This document shows, piece by piece, positions 44,300-63,783 of a stretch of 64,000 nucleotides of DNA. Position 1 is the stretch's first letter; every line of letters begins with the position of its first letter. A program made the position numbers and the translations under genes. The notes below the pieces were generated by a model that worked only from the letters and a program-made list of their open reading frames with translations, was not told where the DNA came from and made no database searches. Source of the stretch: the human T2T-CHM13v2.0 reference genome, Homo sapiens. The stretch lies in the NCBI RefSeq assembly GCF_009914755.1, contig NC_060943.1; one strand, written 5' to 3'.

Positions 44300-45250
44300 A
44301 AAAATCACTTCAAGCGTAGACTGGTAATGGTCGAAAATTTAAAGCGTGGCTCAGGTCGTGATCTACAATTGCGCCACCTCGCTGGAAGGACGGCCTGGGC
44401 TGCGAGAAGGCAGCGCGGGCACTGGCTCTGGGCAGATCCCAGCGCGGAGCTGACTCCCTGGGCCCGTGCCAGCGGTGGGCACCTCCAGCCAAACCTGTGC
44501 AGCGCGCAAACCGGAAGCCCAGACAGACCAGGGTTTGTACTCGAGGAACGGGAGAGGGGAGGGGTTGGGAGCCGTCTGCTGTGGCCTCAGCGGAACGTCT
44601 ACCCCAGCCCGCGAGGTCCGGAGAAATACCTGCAGGTGGGGCAGGCGTGGAAACTCCTGCCGCACTGCCCCGTTGCCCCATGTAGGCCCAGGACGTGTCC
44701 CTGTCAGCGGGGACTAGGGAGAACGGTACCGGAAGCCCGTGTCTCGGAGGCTGCTGGGAGCTGTAGGCCCCGCGGTTGTCGTAGTTCTGGGCGCTTTTCC
44801 GGGTCCAGGGGGGGCAGGGTTCGAGGCGTGGCCTAGAGGCGTTGTAGGCGTCGACCCATTTCGTCGGCTGAGAGACTGGGTCTTGTGTGGACGGTGCTAT
44901 TCTGGGCGAAAGGGTTAGCTTATGGTTGTGGCCTCGCATTCCTGAGTGCGCGATGACGGACTCGGCGGGTGCGTGAGAGACCAGGGCCGAGGAGGGGTCT
45001 GTGCAGGCGGCTTCCGGGCTCTGAAAGATGCTTCCGCTCGAGCTTTTTTATTTTTAACGTAGCTGCAGCTATTGCACACTAGTAATTTTCTGCTCTGCGA
45101 CCGTTTTTCTGCGCTGTAATAATCACGCTAAAAGTAGTGCAGGTTTTACTGCTTACAAGGGAGTTTTTAACAATTTTCTTAAACTGTGTTACAACACTAC
45201 CCGTTCTTCCAGTTTTGTCCTAACACCGCGCGGGGCAGGAATATTCCAGG
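44300..45250 (+). promoter_or_regulatory. Intronic CpG island, candidate alternative/ancestral promoter upstream of the SCAN exon
   Basis: CpG-rich and non-repetitive. ZNF143-type TGCTGGGAGCTGTAGG 44752-44767; ETS ACCGGAAG at 44510 and 44728; candidate donor CAG|GTATGT at 45249/45250. Confidence 0.7.
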
Positions 45251-46369
45251 TATGTTGTGGAAATAAAGACCAGGCCGTCCAGATGAGGACACCCAGAGGT
45301 TGACTCAGAGCCGGGTATAGTAGGGAGCCAGCCACGGTCCCTTGTGTTCTGTAGAGAGAGTCAAAGGCAGGTAGGGAGTGAGAAGACGTGCATTCATAAG
45401 GAAGGGTTCTGAGTGGAGAACCCTATTGGCTTGGCGGGGAGCAGTAAAAGGGTATACTGGCAGTCATCTAAGTCCTGAGCTGTGCTTGTTGCCAGAGGTT
45501 GTGGGTCAGTGCTGTGTTAACTATATTTGGTTTGGCTGTTGTGTTTTTATTCATTCCTTTGGTGCCTCTATACCTATCTTCATCTCCGAATAGCTCCAGT
45601 AGATTCATCCCGTGAAAGTAGCTGTGGTTCCTTGCTGTGGCTTTGCTAGTTCATGCTGAGCTACTTCCTGGTAGAATTGTGCTGACCATTTATATTCACA
45701 ACAGCAAGGGTGAAATTGCAGGTTTGCTCTTGTCGTTGCCACTAAATATTACAAATATCAAAAGTAAGTCATAATCTGTAGTTATTTATACTTTTATATT
45801 TGTTTTTAAGGCCTTATTTTTTAGGGACAATATCAGGCTTGGTAGCCAAGGCTGGAGTGCAGTGGTGCAATCATAGATAACTGTAAAATCAAATTATTGG
45901 GCCCAAGCAGCCCTCCTGCCTCCAAGTAGCTAGGACCACAGGTGTATGCCATCACACCTGATTAATTTAAACTTTTTTAGAGACAGGGTCTCACTATGTT
46001 GCCCAGGCTGGTCTCAAGCTCCTGGCGTGAAGCGAATCTCCTGCCTCAGCCTCCCAAAGTGCAGGGATCACAGGTGTGAGCCACCCCGCTGGCCAAATTA
46101 TTTAGAATTAGCATTTTGAAGGGGAGTTTTAGAGAGCTTTCTTGTTTCCTCTTGTTTTGTGCTGCCTCCTCAGCATTTCAGGACAGTCCTGGAGTTCAGT
46201 TTAGCAATGTGCTCTTGTGGACTCTGTGCCAGGACCCAGAGCCCCTGCCTTTCCCATATATCCTCGTTCTTGTCCCCAGTGGAGGTTGGAGAAGGTTCTT
46301 TTTCCTGTGACCATGCATACATGTACAGTGTCACAGATCCCTTCTCAACCCTCATTGCCTTTTGTTCTT

Positions 46370-47150
46370 TCCCTATAACAGCTCTATGGAGATATAATTC
46401 ACACATTGTAAAGTTCACTCTTGTAAAGTGTACAGTTCAGTGTTTTTAAATATATTCACAGGGTTGTACAGCTGTCACTACTGTCTAATTCCAGAACATT
46501 TTCTTCACCCAAGAAAGAAACCGCATACCCATTAGCAGTCTCCACCAATCCTCTCAATTTCTCCATTTCCTAACAATTACTAATCTACTTGTCTGTCTGT
46601 GGATTTTTATATTCTGGACATTTCATATAATATGTGGCCTTTTGTGTCTGGCTTCTTTTACTTAGCATGATGTTTTCAAGTTTCACCTGTGTTGTAGCAT
46701 ATATTAGTAGTACTTCATTCCTTTTTATTGCCAATATTTCATTATATGACTAGATCACAATTTGCTTATACATCCCTCAGTTGATAGACAATGGGTTATT
46801 TGTACTTGTTGGCTATTATGGATAACACTTTGGTGAACATTCTTATAGAAGTTTTTGGGGACATATGCTTTCAATTTTCTTAGCTATATATACTTGGGGG
46901 GAATGTCTGGGTCATGGATAACTATGTGTTTAACTTCTGAGGATTTACCAACCTGTTTTGCAGAGTGGTACAGCATTTTATGTTCCCACCAACAGTGTGT
47001 GAGCATTCTAGTTTTTCCACATCCTCTCCTGTTATCATCTGTCTTTGGTAACAGCCATGCTAGTGGGTTTGAAGCATATTCCACTGTGGTTTTGACTTGC
47101 ATTTCCCTAGTGAATAATGGCGTTGAGCATCTTTTCATGTGCTTGTTCTC
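46370..47150 (-). mobile_element. Old L1M 3'-end fragment next to the SCAN exon acceptor
   Basis: TATTCTGGACATTTCATAT...TTAGCATGATGTTTTCAAG...GTTGAGCATCTTTTCATGTG, typical antisense L1MB-like sequence. Confidence 0.7.
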
Positions 47151-47179
47151 ATTTGTCTTGCTCTGCTTTTGACTTACAG

Positions 47180-47662
47180 AGTATCCTGAGCTCCAGCTGG
47201 ACCCTAAATTGGATCCTCTTCCTGCTGAGAGTCCCCTAATGAACATTGAGGTTGTTGAGGTCCTCACACTGAACCAGGAGGTGGCTGGTCCCCGGAATGC
47301 CCAGATCCAGGCCCTATATGCTGAAGATGGAAGCCTGAGTGCAGATGCCCCCAGTGAGCAGATCCAACAGCAGGGCAAGCATCCAGGTGACCCTGAGGCC
47401 GCGCGCCAGAGGTTCCGGCAGTTCCGTTATAAGGACATGACAGGTCCCCGGGAGGCCCTGGACCAGCTCCGAGAGCTGTGTCACCAGTGGCTACAGCCTA
47501 AGGCACGCTCCAAGGAGCAGATCCTGGAGCTGCTGGTGCTGGAGCAGTTCCTAGGTGCACTGCCTGTGAAGCTCCGGACATGGGTGGAATCGCAGCACCC
47601 AGAGAACTGCCAAGAGGTGGTGGCCCTGGTAGAGGGTGTGACCTGGATGTCTGAGGAGGAAG
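47180..47662 (+). CDS. ZNF274: ZNF274 exon 5, SCAN domain
   Basis: 483 nt; [54 protein letters not shown]...; acAG acceptor and GTAAGT donor; internal Met at 47239. Confidence 0.96.
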
Positions 47663-48814
47663 GTAAGTAGAAGGGTGGGTAGAGGGACAGCTTAATGAGG
47701 GTGTCTTGGAGTACCCTGTGGGGGAGATAAGAACTCCAGGCTTCCTAGGAAGGTCATGGGAAGGATTGTGTCCGCTCCATACAGACCAAGGGCATCCATG
47801 TTGCCCACGTGTTCCTGAGTCAGAGCCACTGAAACCCTTGCATTCTTTAGCCCTTCGTGGGCTTCTGATGGAAGCACACAGATGAAGTGCTTCATTTTTA
47901 TCCCTCTGGCATCCCTGCTGCACCATAAGCCCTGTAGCACTTGATAAGATAGATGGGAATACTGAGCTCAGAGAGCCCGCAGTAGCAGGAGAGACAGGGA
48001 TTTGACAAATGAGAATGCATAGAAAAATGCTGGGACTATGAGGAGCTCGAGGTGATGGTGAGGCTTATGAAGGTCTGCAGCTGACACCTGGTGTGGAGTG
48101 GAACTTGGCCAGGGTAAAGAAAGGGGGCAGGAAAGATGTGCCATGCAGAGGGGAGCACTGCCTGTAAGGGCCAAGATGGAAGGGATCACAGTAAATGCAA
48201 AACTCAGAAAAATCGGTTATGTTTGTGATGGAAGGGAGCAGAGGTTGGAGCTGGCACTGCCAGTGGGGACTTTAGTCCTAAAGCAAAGCAAAATGTTCTT
48301 CTAAAACAGTAGGGCTCGATCCCTGAGTTCCAGAAACTGGTGGCACCACTGGATTTGACCTTTAGAGATTTACCAGGCTGCATGTGTGGTGGATGGTGGA
48401 CAGAGGATGGGGGCGAGGCTGGACACAGGCTACCCGCAGCTATTGCCATGCCCTCTGATGGGGTGGTGTCTTGGATAGGAGTGATGGTGATGTCTGACTG
48501 GGGAGAGACTACACGTGTGGAGTGTGTATTTGGGAATAAGACTGCAAGACTTGGTTTCTTCATCAGGCTGAGTTTCACAGAGCGTGCATGCTTCTGCATT
48601 GCTCACCTCCATTTTCCACATTTCACGGGTGCCCAGAAGATGTTTCTGATGTGAACGAATGATTGACTGGTTGATGTTTGTGATTGCAGGAAAGGGGAAG
48701 GTATCCTGCAGGGGGATGGTGGGATTCTAAGAGGCCAGGGCATCCTGGAGATCGGGTATCCGAGGCAGCAGGGCAGGCACTTGCATGAGTTGTGTCAGAT
48801 GCACCAAGTCTGGG

Positions 48815-49275
48815 GTGCTGTACTTGGCAGAATAATTGCCCCAAAGGTGTCCATGTCCTGACTCCTGGACCCTGTGAATAAGTTGCCTCACATGACAAAG
48901 GGGACTTTGCAGAAACAATTAAGGATCTTGAGAGGGAGAGATGCACTGGATTATTTGAGTGGATCTAACATAACCACAGGGGCCCTTAGGAGAGGGAGGC
49001 TGGAGGGTCAGAGGAGATGTAATGATAGGAGCAGCTGATAGAGGAAGAAGCCATAAGCCAAATGTTTGGGGCAGCCTCTAGAAGCTGGAAAAGGCAAGGA
49101 ATGGATTCTCCCTTGGAGCCTCCAAAAGGAACATAGCCATGCTGACACCTTCATTTTAGCCCAGTGAGGCACAAACCAGACTTCTCATCTCCAGAACCAT
49201 AAGGTAATACATTTGCATTAATCTGAGCCGCTGGCATTGTGGCAATTCACTATAACAGCAATAGGAAACTAGTTA
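48815..49275 (+). mobile_element. MLT1 LTR
   Basis: GGCAGAATAATTGCCCCC...GGACTTTGCAGA...GGATTCTCCCTTGGAGCCTCCA...AGCAATAGGAAACT. Confidence 0.7.
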
Positions 49276-50422
49276 GTTAGGTGCCAAGGAGACACCTTGT
49301 GGGGTTAATGAGGTGAAAGTCAGTGAATTCACCCTGTGTTTAACCTCAGGGGTGAATAAAATAAATTAGTGCCACAGAAGACAATGGGAAGAGGCTTTCC
49401 AGAGAACCCTGAGAATCTCACATTATGTGATCAGTGTGTTAGTTGGGACGCTTGAGTGTGACTGCTGCAAAGCCTTGCACAGAATGGCTCAAGGGAGAAG
49501 GAGAATTTATTGGAAAAGTTCCAGGGTGCTCGAGCATCAGGCAGGGCTGGACCCAGGAGCTCCAATAGTGTCCTCCAGACTTGTCCTGTCCCTCATTCTT
49601 ACCTCTTCTGCCCTCCACTGGCTTCATCATGGGCAGGCTGTCTCCCTGCATGGGATTTCTCTTTCCCAAATGTTCCAACTAAGGCCTTGTTGGCTCCAAT
49701 CATCTGGCTATAGGCTGTGTTCATCCCAGATCTAATCACTGTGGCCAAGAGAAAGGGATGGTCCAGTGTGCCAGCCTAAGTCATCTTGTGGCCCACCTTG
49801 ATGGTGGGGGTAGATTAGCATTGTGGAAGCCTGTGGACCATTTGGGGTCATGTGAGGAAGGTTAGAATGAAGGAGCCGTGGTTACAGGGGCCCTTGGGCC
49901 AGGTGGAGCTGTTGTTTTCTTAGGTGGAGGAGACTTGGTGACGTTCACCTCAAGATGGCTGCATTTCATGGGTCCAGGGAAAGTCTCACCTTCCATGAGG
50001 TGGGAGGAGAGAGGGAAGAAGGAAGAGGTGCCCAAATAGGCAGGGTGCAGGGCTTGGAGGCCGGAAACAGGGGCTTTGACTCTTAAGAAGGGGGCGTCAG
50101 TCAGCTGCCTCACAGGAGGGGCTGGGGCCCTCAGCAGCCCCCGGAAAGGGAAGGAGTGGGACCAGAGTCTCAGCAGTGAGGACACTGGTGCCCTGTGACC
50201 CTTGGAGGGTGAGCCATCCCGGGCCCATCCAGGTGTGGGCACTCGGGCACGTGCTGTGAGGGGAGCAGAGCTGGTGGGAAGGGAGGACAGGAGCAGAGGC
50301 TGTCATGGAGCCACAGTACGATGCAGGGGTGCGGTGGCCCCATGGGTTGCAGAGAGGCCACCCTTGCCCTGCCTAAGGGTCCCCACACCTGCTGACCTCC
50401 TCTGGCTGGTGTCTCCTCCCAG

Positions 50423-50535
50423 TACTTCCTGCAGGACAACCTGCCGAGGGCACCACCTGCTGCCTCGAGGTCACTGCCCAGCAGGAGGAGAAGCAGGAGG
50501 ATGCAGCCATCTGCCCAGTGACAGTGCTCCCTGAG
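50423..50535 (+). CDS. ZNF274: ZNF274 exon 6, linker
   Basis: 113 nt, (V)LPAGQPAEGTTCCLEVTAQQEEKQEDAAICPVTVLPE; cccAG acceptor and GTAAG donor; keeps the frame between exons 5 and 7. Confidence 0.92.
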
Positions 50536-51127
50536 GTAAGCGGGGAGTATCACCCTGTTTTGGTCACAGCATCTCCTGTGAGGCAGGCCCACCCCTGAGG
50601 CATCCACTCTGCCCTGGGCTTTCCTAAGACCTCCCACAGGCTGGGACATTCTGAGATTCTGAGCTCTTAGGTCTGTGCTGAAGCAATCTGAGTATGAAGA
50701 GCAGCCCTGCCCTCCAGCCACTGTGGCATCACTGGAGACAACGCATGGTGACCCGGGAGCTGAGAAAGCAGGAGGCAAGAGGGAAGGGACTAAGTGTTTA
50801 CAGAGACTTGAGAGGTGGAACTACCACAGGCAGGCACATCTGTATCCAGGTCAGAACAAGAGAGCCCTCAACCTTCAGAAATGCATACTTAGGTATTTAT
50901 CTTTGGTATCTGGGATTTGCTTCAGAATAACCCAGAGCTGGGGTGTGGGTGAAAAAGATTGGTCCTGATGCGCTGACCACTGGGGTAGTGGTATGTATGT
51001 GTCATTGGTCAGACCTGTTTGCACTGCAAATGGCTTATACTGGCTCAAGCGTAGAAGTCAATTTATTGGCTCTCATGTATTCTCTGGTAGGCTTCAGGCA
51101 AGGCTGCATCCAGGTGCTCCCAGGTGA

Positions 51128-51304
<177 letters not shown>

Positions 51305-51343
51305 TAGCTGGGATTACAGACAGCTGCCACTACACCCGGCTAA

Positions 51344-51616
<273 letters not shown>

Positions 51617-51919
51617 TGACTGCCCTCCCCCAGGTCAGCCCTGTCGACAAAGGCAGGGGCTTGGTTGTCATTTCCACCAAGTGGGAAGACAGTATTAATA
51701 GATGGAGAACCCTCTGCAGTGGGAAGATTTCAGCAATGGGCAAGCTGGATAGAGCCGTGGTTAGGATGGAGTTGTTTGCTTGTTGCACTTGGAGCTCTTT
51801 ATGAAGCAAGGGCTCTGCCTCCCAGCCTGAGACCCAGACCCTGGTTTGGACCCAGTAGAACTCTTGTGGGCCCTGGGTTGGTGTCTCTGAGCAAATCCCC
51901 AAAGCAGGAGAGTCCCTAG

Positions 51920-52186
<267 letters not shown>

Positions 52187-52622
52187 TAGGCCACAGGAGC
52201 CCCAAGTCAGGGGTGTTCACCTTCTCTAGACTCCACACTGGGCATTCCCTCAAGGGGCCCTTGCTGCATCCAGGGCCTGTAAGTGGAACTGTAGACCTAG
52301 AGGGGTGAGGTCACTGGGTGGCCAGAAGCAGCCTTAGGTCCGGTGAAGGAGTGATTTGCTATCTATCTCCTGAGGGAGTATGAGAGAACAGGAACTCGAA
52401 GAGCTCGGAGGACACTCCCTGCCCTTCCTGTCCCTTGTTCACCAAGGTCAGTGCTCCCCTCCCTGCCGCTTCATTGCTTTTCAGTCTCTCTCCAGGTTGC
52501 ATGACTCTATTTGGGAGAAAAAAAAAATCCTGACTTTTGAACTTAATTATGCATTTCATGCTCTCAGACCCATCCCAGCACATCTCTCTATGGGATCCAC
52601 ATCTTTTGTTTATTTTTTTCAG

Positions 52623-53605
52623 GGTGGGAGACTACACTGGAAAATAAAGAGTTAGCTCCAAATTCTGACATTCCTGAGGAAGAACCAGCCCCCAGCCTGA
52701 AAGTACAAGAATCCTCAAGGGATTGTGCCTTGTCCTCTACATTAGAAGATACCTTGCAGGGTGGGGTCCAGGAAGTCCAAGACACAGTGTTGAAGCAGAT
52801 GGAGTCTGCTCAGGAAAAAGACCTTCCTCAGAAGAAGCACTTTGACAACCGTGAGTCCCAGGCAAACAGTGGTGCTCTTGACACAAACCAAGTTTCGCTC
52901 CAGAAAATTGACAACCCTGAGTCCCAGGCAAACAGTGGCGCTCTTGACACAAACCAAGTTTTGCTCCACAAAATTCCTCCTAGAAAACGATTGCGCAAAC
53001 GTGACTCACAAGTTAAAAGTATGAAACATAATTCACGTGTAAAAATTCATCAGAAGAGCTGTGAAAGGCAAAAGGCCAAGGAAGGCAATGGTTGTAGGAA
53101 AACCTTCAGTCGGAGTACTAAACAGATTACGTTTATAAGAATTCACAAGGGGAGCCAAGTTTGCCGATGCAGTGAATGTGGTAAAATATTCCGGAACCCA
53201 AGATACTTTTCTGTGCATAAGAAAATCCATACCGGAGAGAGGCCCTATGTGTGTCAAGACTGTGGGAAAGGATTTGTTCAGAGCTCTTCCCTCACACAGC
53301 ATCAGAGAGTTCATTCTGGAGAGAGACCATTTGAATGTCAGGAGTGTGGGAGGACCTTCAATGATCGCTCAGCCATCTCCCAGCACCTGAGGACTCACAC
53401 TGGCGCTAAGCCCTACAAGTGTCAGGACTGTGGAAAAGCCTTCCGCCAGAGCTCCCACCTCATCAGACATCAGAGGACTCACACCGGGGAGCGCCCATAT
53501 GCATGCAACAAATGTGGAAAGGCCTTCACCCAGAGCTCACACCTTATTGGGCACCAGAGAACCCACAATAGGACAAAGCGAAAGAAGAAACAGCCTACCT
53601 CATAG
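52623..53605 (+). CDS. ZNF274: ZNF274 exon 8 coding part: spacer, 5 C2H2 fingers, basic C-terminus
   Basis: tttttttcAG acceptor; five CxxC...HxxxH fingers with TGERP/TGAKP-type linkers; TAG at 53603-53605. Coding exons total 33+127+96+483+113+127+983 = 1962 nt = 653 aa + stop. Confidence 0.97.
52842..52973 (+). repeat. ZNF274: 66-bp in-frame tandem duplication in the ZNF274 spacer
   Basis: 52842-52907 vs 52908-52973, 4 mismatches. Confidence 0.95.
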
Positions 53606-54040
53606 CTCTCAAGCCAGTTGAAGAAACCTTGCCTTTTCAGCTTGACCCTGCAATATAACATGCACAGGCCTGCTTGTGAATCAGGACTGAATGTGAAAGG
53701 GAAGTATTGAGTGAGGACATTCCCAAAACCAAAGGACAACTGAGGAGACTGCCCAGCACATAATGAATAAATAAGAAAATGAGTGAGGAGTTATTAACAT
53801 CATTTGGAAAAAAGATTTCCCATTCACTTGATATTGTTTGTTCACTCATTTAGTCATTAAAAGTGAGATTAATAAAATCTGAAAATGTTATATAATAACT
53901 TTAAAAAGCCAGGTAATTAATAATCTGCACTGATATTACATCCACAGTACCACAGTATTTATGTGTATGAATTAAGGATTAAAAGATAATGTGGATAAAT
54001 AAACTATTGATCTATGTCTGTGTAGAACCTGTGTATTTCC
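53606..54040 (+). terminator. ZNF274: ZNF274 3' UTR and polyadenylation signals
   Basis: AATAAA at 53766, 53871 and 53998; the last is followed by a GT-rich element (tgtctgtgtag...tgtgtattt). Confidence 0.75.
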
Positions 54041-55014
54041 TGCCTGCTTAAATATCTCTATAGTAATGATTAATATTTAAGCAACATTAAAACACAAGGA
54101 AGGAGATCATCAGATAGTTCTAGAAGATTCTGTGCAAGGCTGCAGCACCTTGGGCACAAGATACTATGTGAGTTGGGATGACTGAATCTTTCTGCTCCTT
54201 AGGGGGTTGTCATGATATGGTTAGGTGGAGGTAAGGAAAATTTAAACCCAAAGGGCTGGAAACCCCAGGCAAGTGTGGGGCTTCCTGGGAATATTCATGT
54301 TTCTTTTGTTATTTTTCGCACAGAATCTCATCCTGTCACCCAGGTTTGAGTGCAGAGGTAGAATCATAGCTTACTGTAGCCTCGAACACCTGGGCTCAAA
54401 GGATCACCTGGGCTCAAAGATCCTCCTGGCTCAGTCTTTCAAGTAGCTGGGACTATAGGCATGCACCACCATGCCTAGCTTCATTTGGTTTGTGTTTCCA
54501 TTTTTCCTGAGAGACTATCACAAGGAAGGCAACTGCTCTGGCCAGGAGCCCATCACTAAGTTAAGCAAAAAGACACTGGCAATACTAGAGCATGTACTTG
54601 CCCACAGTTCACATTCTTTCTCCAGGTCACATAGCCCACAGTATATGACCCGCTCCATTCCTTGTTCTAGGCTCCACCTTTGCTCTTGAGTTCCATGTAA
54701 CATTTAACATAAAACTCTGGATCAAAAATACTTAGGTTCAAGACACTGGTTGAGTGCTACTCTGCATAGCCTCTTTAGAACCCTTGGGTCTTGCCAACAA
54801 GGGTGAGGTGCAGTCGTGCTATCTAGGATGAGAGTACCTCCTTTCTCTGCAGAAGTGAAAAACCCTTGGAGACAGGACCAGAGTAGATACCTTGAGCCCA
54901 TGTGCCTGGAGAATGATGGTGGTACACCAGCAGCCCTATTGCCATTCACACATTGGGCACAGGGCTTGTGGTTGCTATGTTGCTTCTAGTCATTTCAGCA
55001 CTTTAATATGGCAC

Positions 55015-56331
55015 ATGTTAGCTTCTTTGAGAACATACACAGTTGAAGAACTTGCCCAGGGACGTTAGTTGGTAAAAACAGCCTCCTCAGCTGTTCAGAA
55101 CTCTACAATATCACCTCTCAAGAATGAACCAAAGAATGGGACCCTTGAGATTAGAACCTGGTAAACTAAAAATTCCCAGATTCCAAATCCTAGACTGAGG
55201 GGTGAGTCCAAAGTTTTAGTGATGGCTTCAGGAACTGAGATGATGGTTTGAGCTGGGTCTGGGAAAATAAGGGACCCAGGAATAGGAAAGGGGGAGAACA
55301 TACTAGGGTATGGGAGAGCTGATTGGAACTACAAAGTACAAGGCCAGTGGGTCCATTCCAAGGTATGGAATGGCTCATCTCATGGCTGGCACCTGGGCTT
55401 GAGGTGGCTCTAAGGCTGAGTTCAGTTGTGTTAGGTTCTCTCATCCAAAGAGCCAGGGTTCCAACAGTATTAGGCAGAAACAGCATGGCTTTTTCTGACC
55501 CAGCCTAGGTCACATGGTGTCACCCCAGGACAGTCTATCCTTTACAAGCCAGTCACTAAGGCCAGCCGGATTCAGTGGGAAGGGGGTTAAACTCCATCTC
55601 TTGAAGGGAGAGTACCAAGGTTAAGAAAGGCAGGAGAGTGTGGTGGCCAACTCTGGTTAAAAAGGTCTACAAGTATGCCAGCATTTACCTTTAAATACTG
55701 TGTATCCCCACCTGTGCTTGCAAGACAGGAAGAGGAAGGCAGGGAGAGAGGCTGCACATGTGGGAGCTGACCCACTAGACACAATTATTAGATGTAGTTT
55801 AAATCCTGGCTCTGCTCCTCACTGGGTCTGTGATTGTCAGAAAGATTAATGCCTGGAGGGTCCACGTTCCATATATCCAGTACACCAGTGAAAAGGTACA
55901 TGACGCTGGGCACAGTGGCTCACGCCTGTAATCCCAGAACTCTGGGAGGATCATCTGAGGCCAGGAGTTAGAGATCAGCCTGGGGAACATGGCAAGATCC
56001 TGTCTGGAAAAAAAAAAAAAAAAAAGGCCAGGTGTGGTGATGCACCTGTAGTCCCAGCTACTCAGGAGGCTGAGGTAGGAGGAATGCTCGAGCCTAAGAG
56101 TTTGAGGCTGCAGTGAGCTATGATAGCACCTCTGCACTCCAGCCTGTGTGGGAGTGAGACCTTGTCTCAAAAATAAATTTAAAAATTGTAAAAAGAGGTT
56201 ACAAAGATGTTAGCTTCTTTGAGAACACATGCAGTTGAGGAACTTGCCCAGGGATGTTGGTAAAAACAGCCTCTTCAGCCATTCAGAACTCTACAATATC
56301 ACCTCTCAAGAATGAACCAAAGAGTGGGACC
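55015..56331. repeat. Dispersed direct repeat of about 125-129 bp
   Basis: 55015-55143 vs 56207-56331, roughly 90% identical. Confidence 0.9.
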
Positions 56332-56602
56332 AATTAATTCCAGCACATCCACTTATTTGTTCAACAAGAGTGTCTGTATCATTTACCAAGAAGGATTAAA
56401 AAGTAATTTTGTTCTCTTTGTTCCTTTGTGGCTGATTTTTAATGCAGAGACTATGTATCCTGGATCTAGCCAGTTGAGCAAACTCTGATTAATTTTAATA
56501 GGTTTTACTAAAATCTGGATTTCCATACTTTTAATTTTATGTTAATCTTTGCATAGTTTTCTTCTGAATACAAAGTAACAGAAGATTTGATTTTTTAAAA
56601 AT

Positions 56603-57080
56603 CTCTCTTTCCACCATCCTTTGGTGCCGTCGTCAAGGTGCGGATGAATATCCTGTCTGATGTTCTCAAGAGGATCAACAATGCTGAAGAGAGGCAAAAG
56701 ACAGATTATTACTAGGAGGTGCTCCAAAGACATTCTCCGGTTTCTAATTGTGATGATGAAGCATGGTTACATTGGTAAATTTGACATCACTGATGATCAC
56801 AGAGCTGGGGAAATTGTCGTGAACCTCACAGGCATGTTAAACAAGTGTGGAATGATCAGCCCCAGATTTGATGTACTCAAAGTTCTAGAAAAACGGCAGA
56901 ATAATCTGCTTCTATCCTGCCAGTTTGGTTTCATTGTACTGACTTCAGCCGGCATCATGGACCACGAAGCAGCAAGACAAAAATACACAAAAGGGAAAAT
57001 CCTGGGATTCTTTTTCTAGGGGTGTAATGCTTACAAAAAAAAATGCCTCCGTGGACTACAGTGCATCCAAAAACAAAATA
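56603..57080 (+). pseudogene. Processed pseudogene of ribosomal protein S15a (RPS15A)
   Basis: Intronless match to RPS15A ([17 protein letters not shown] / RGKRQ...[27 protein letters not shown]...GKILGFFF*). 5'TOP-like ctctctttcc at 56603; ATG changed to AAG at 56635; frameshift; stop at 57019; 3'UTR and A-rich tail remnant. Confidence 0.93.
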
Positions 57081-57169
57081 ACTGACATTTGTACCACACA
57101 AAAGTTACCCTCCAATAGTGTGATCTTTCTTTCTTAAGGTGTAAAACCACACTCGGGGTTGTGGTATTT

Positions 57170-63783
<6,614 letters not shown>

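Noticed and set aside
44371-44385. CTCF-like GCGCCACCTCGCTGG
   Set aside because: Imperfect match in GC-rich sequence; cannot be supported without PWM scoring or ChIP.
44192-44939. 214-aa and 209-aa overlapping ORFs
   Set aside because: CpG-island composition artefact; no domain or exon structure.
56660-57019. 119-aa RPS15A-like ORF as a functional retrogene
   Set aside because: Original ATG lost, N-terminal frameshift, codon deletions and many substitutions in a near-invariant protein.
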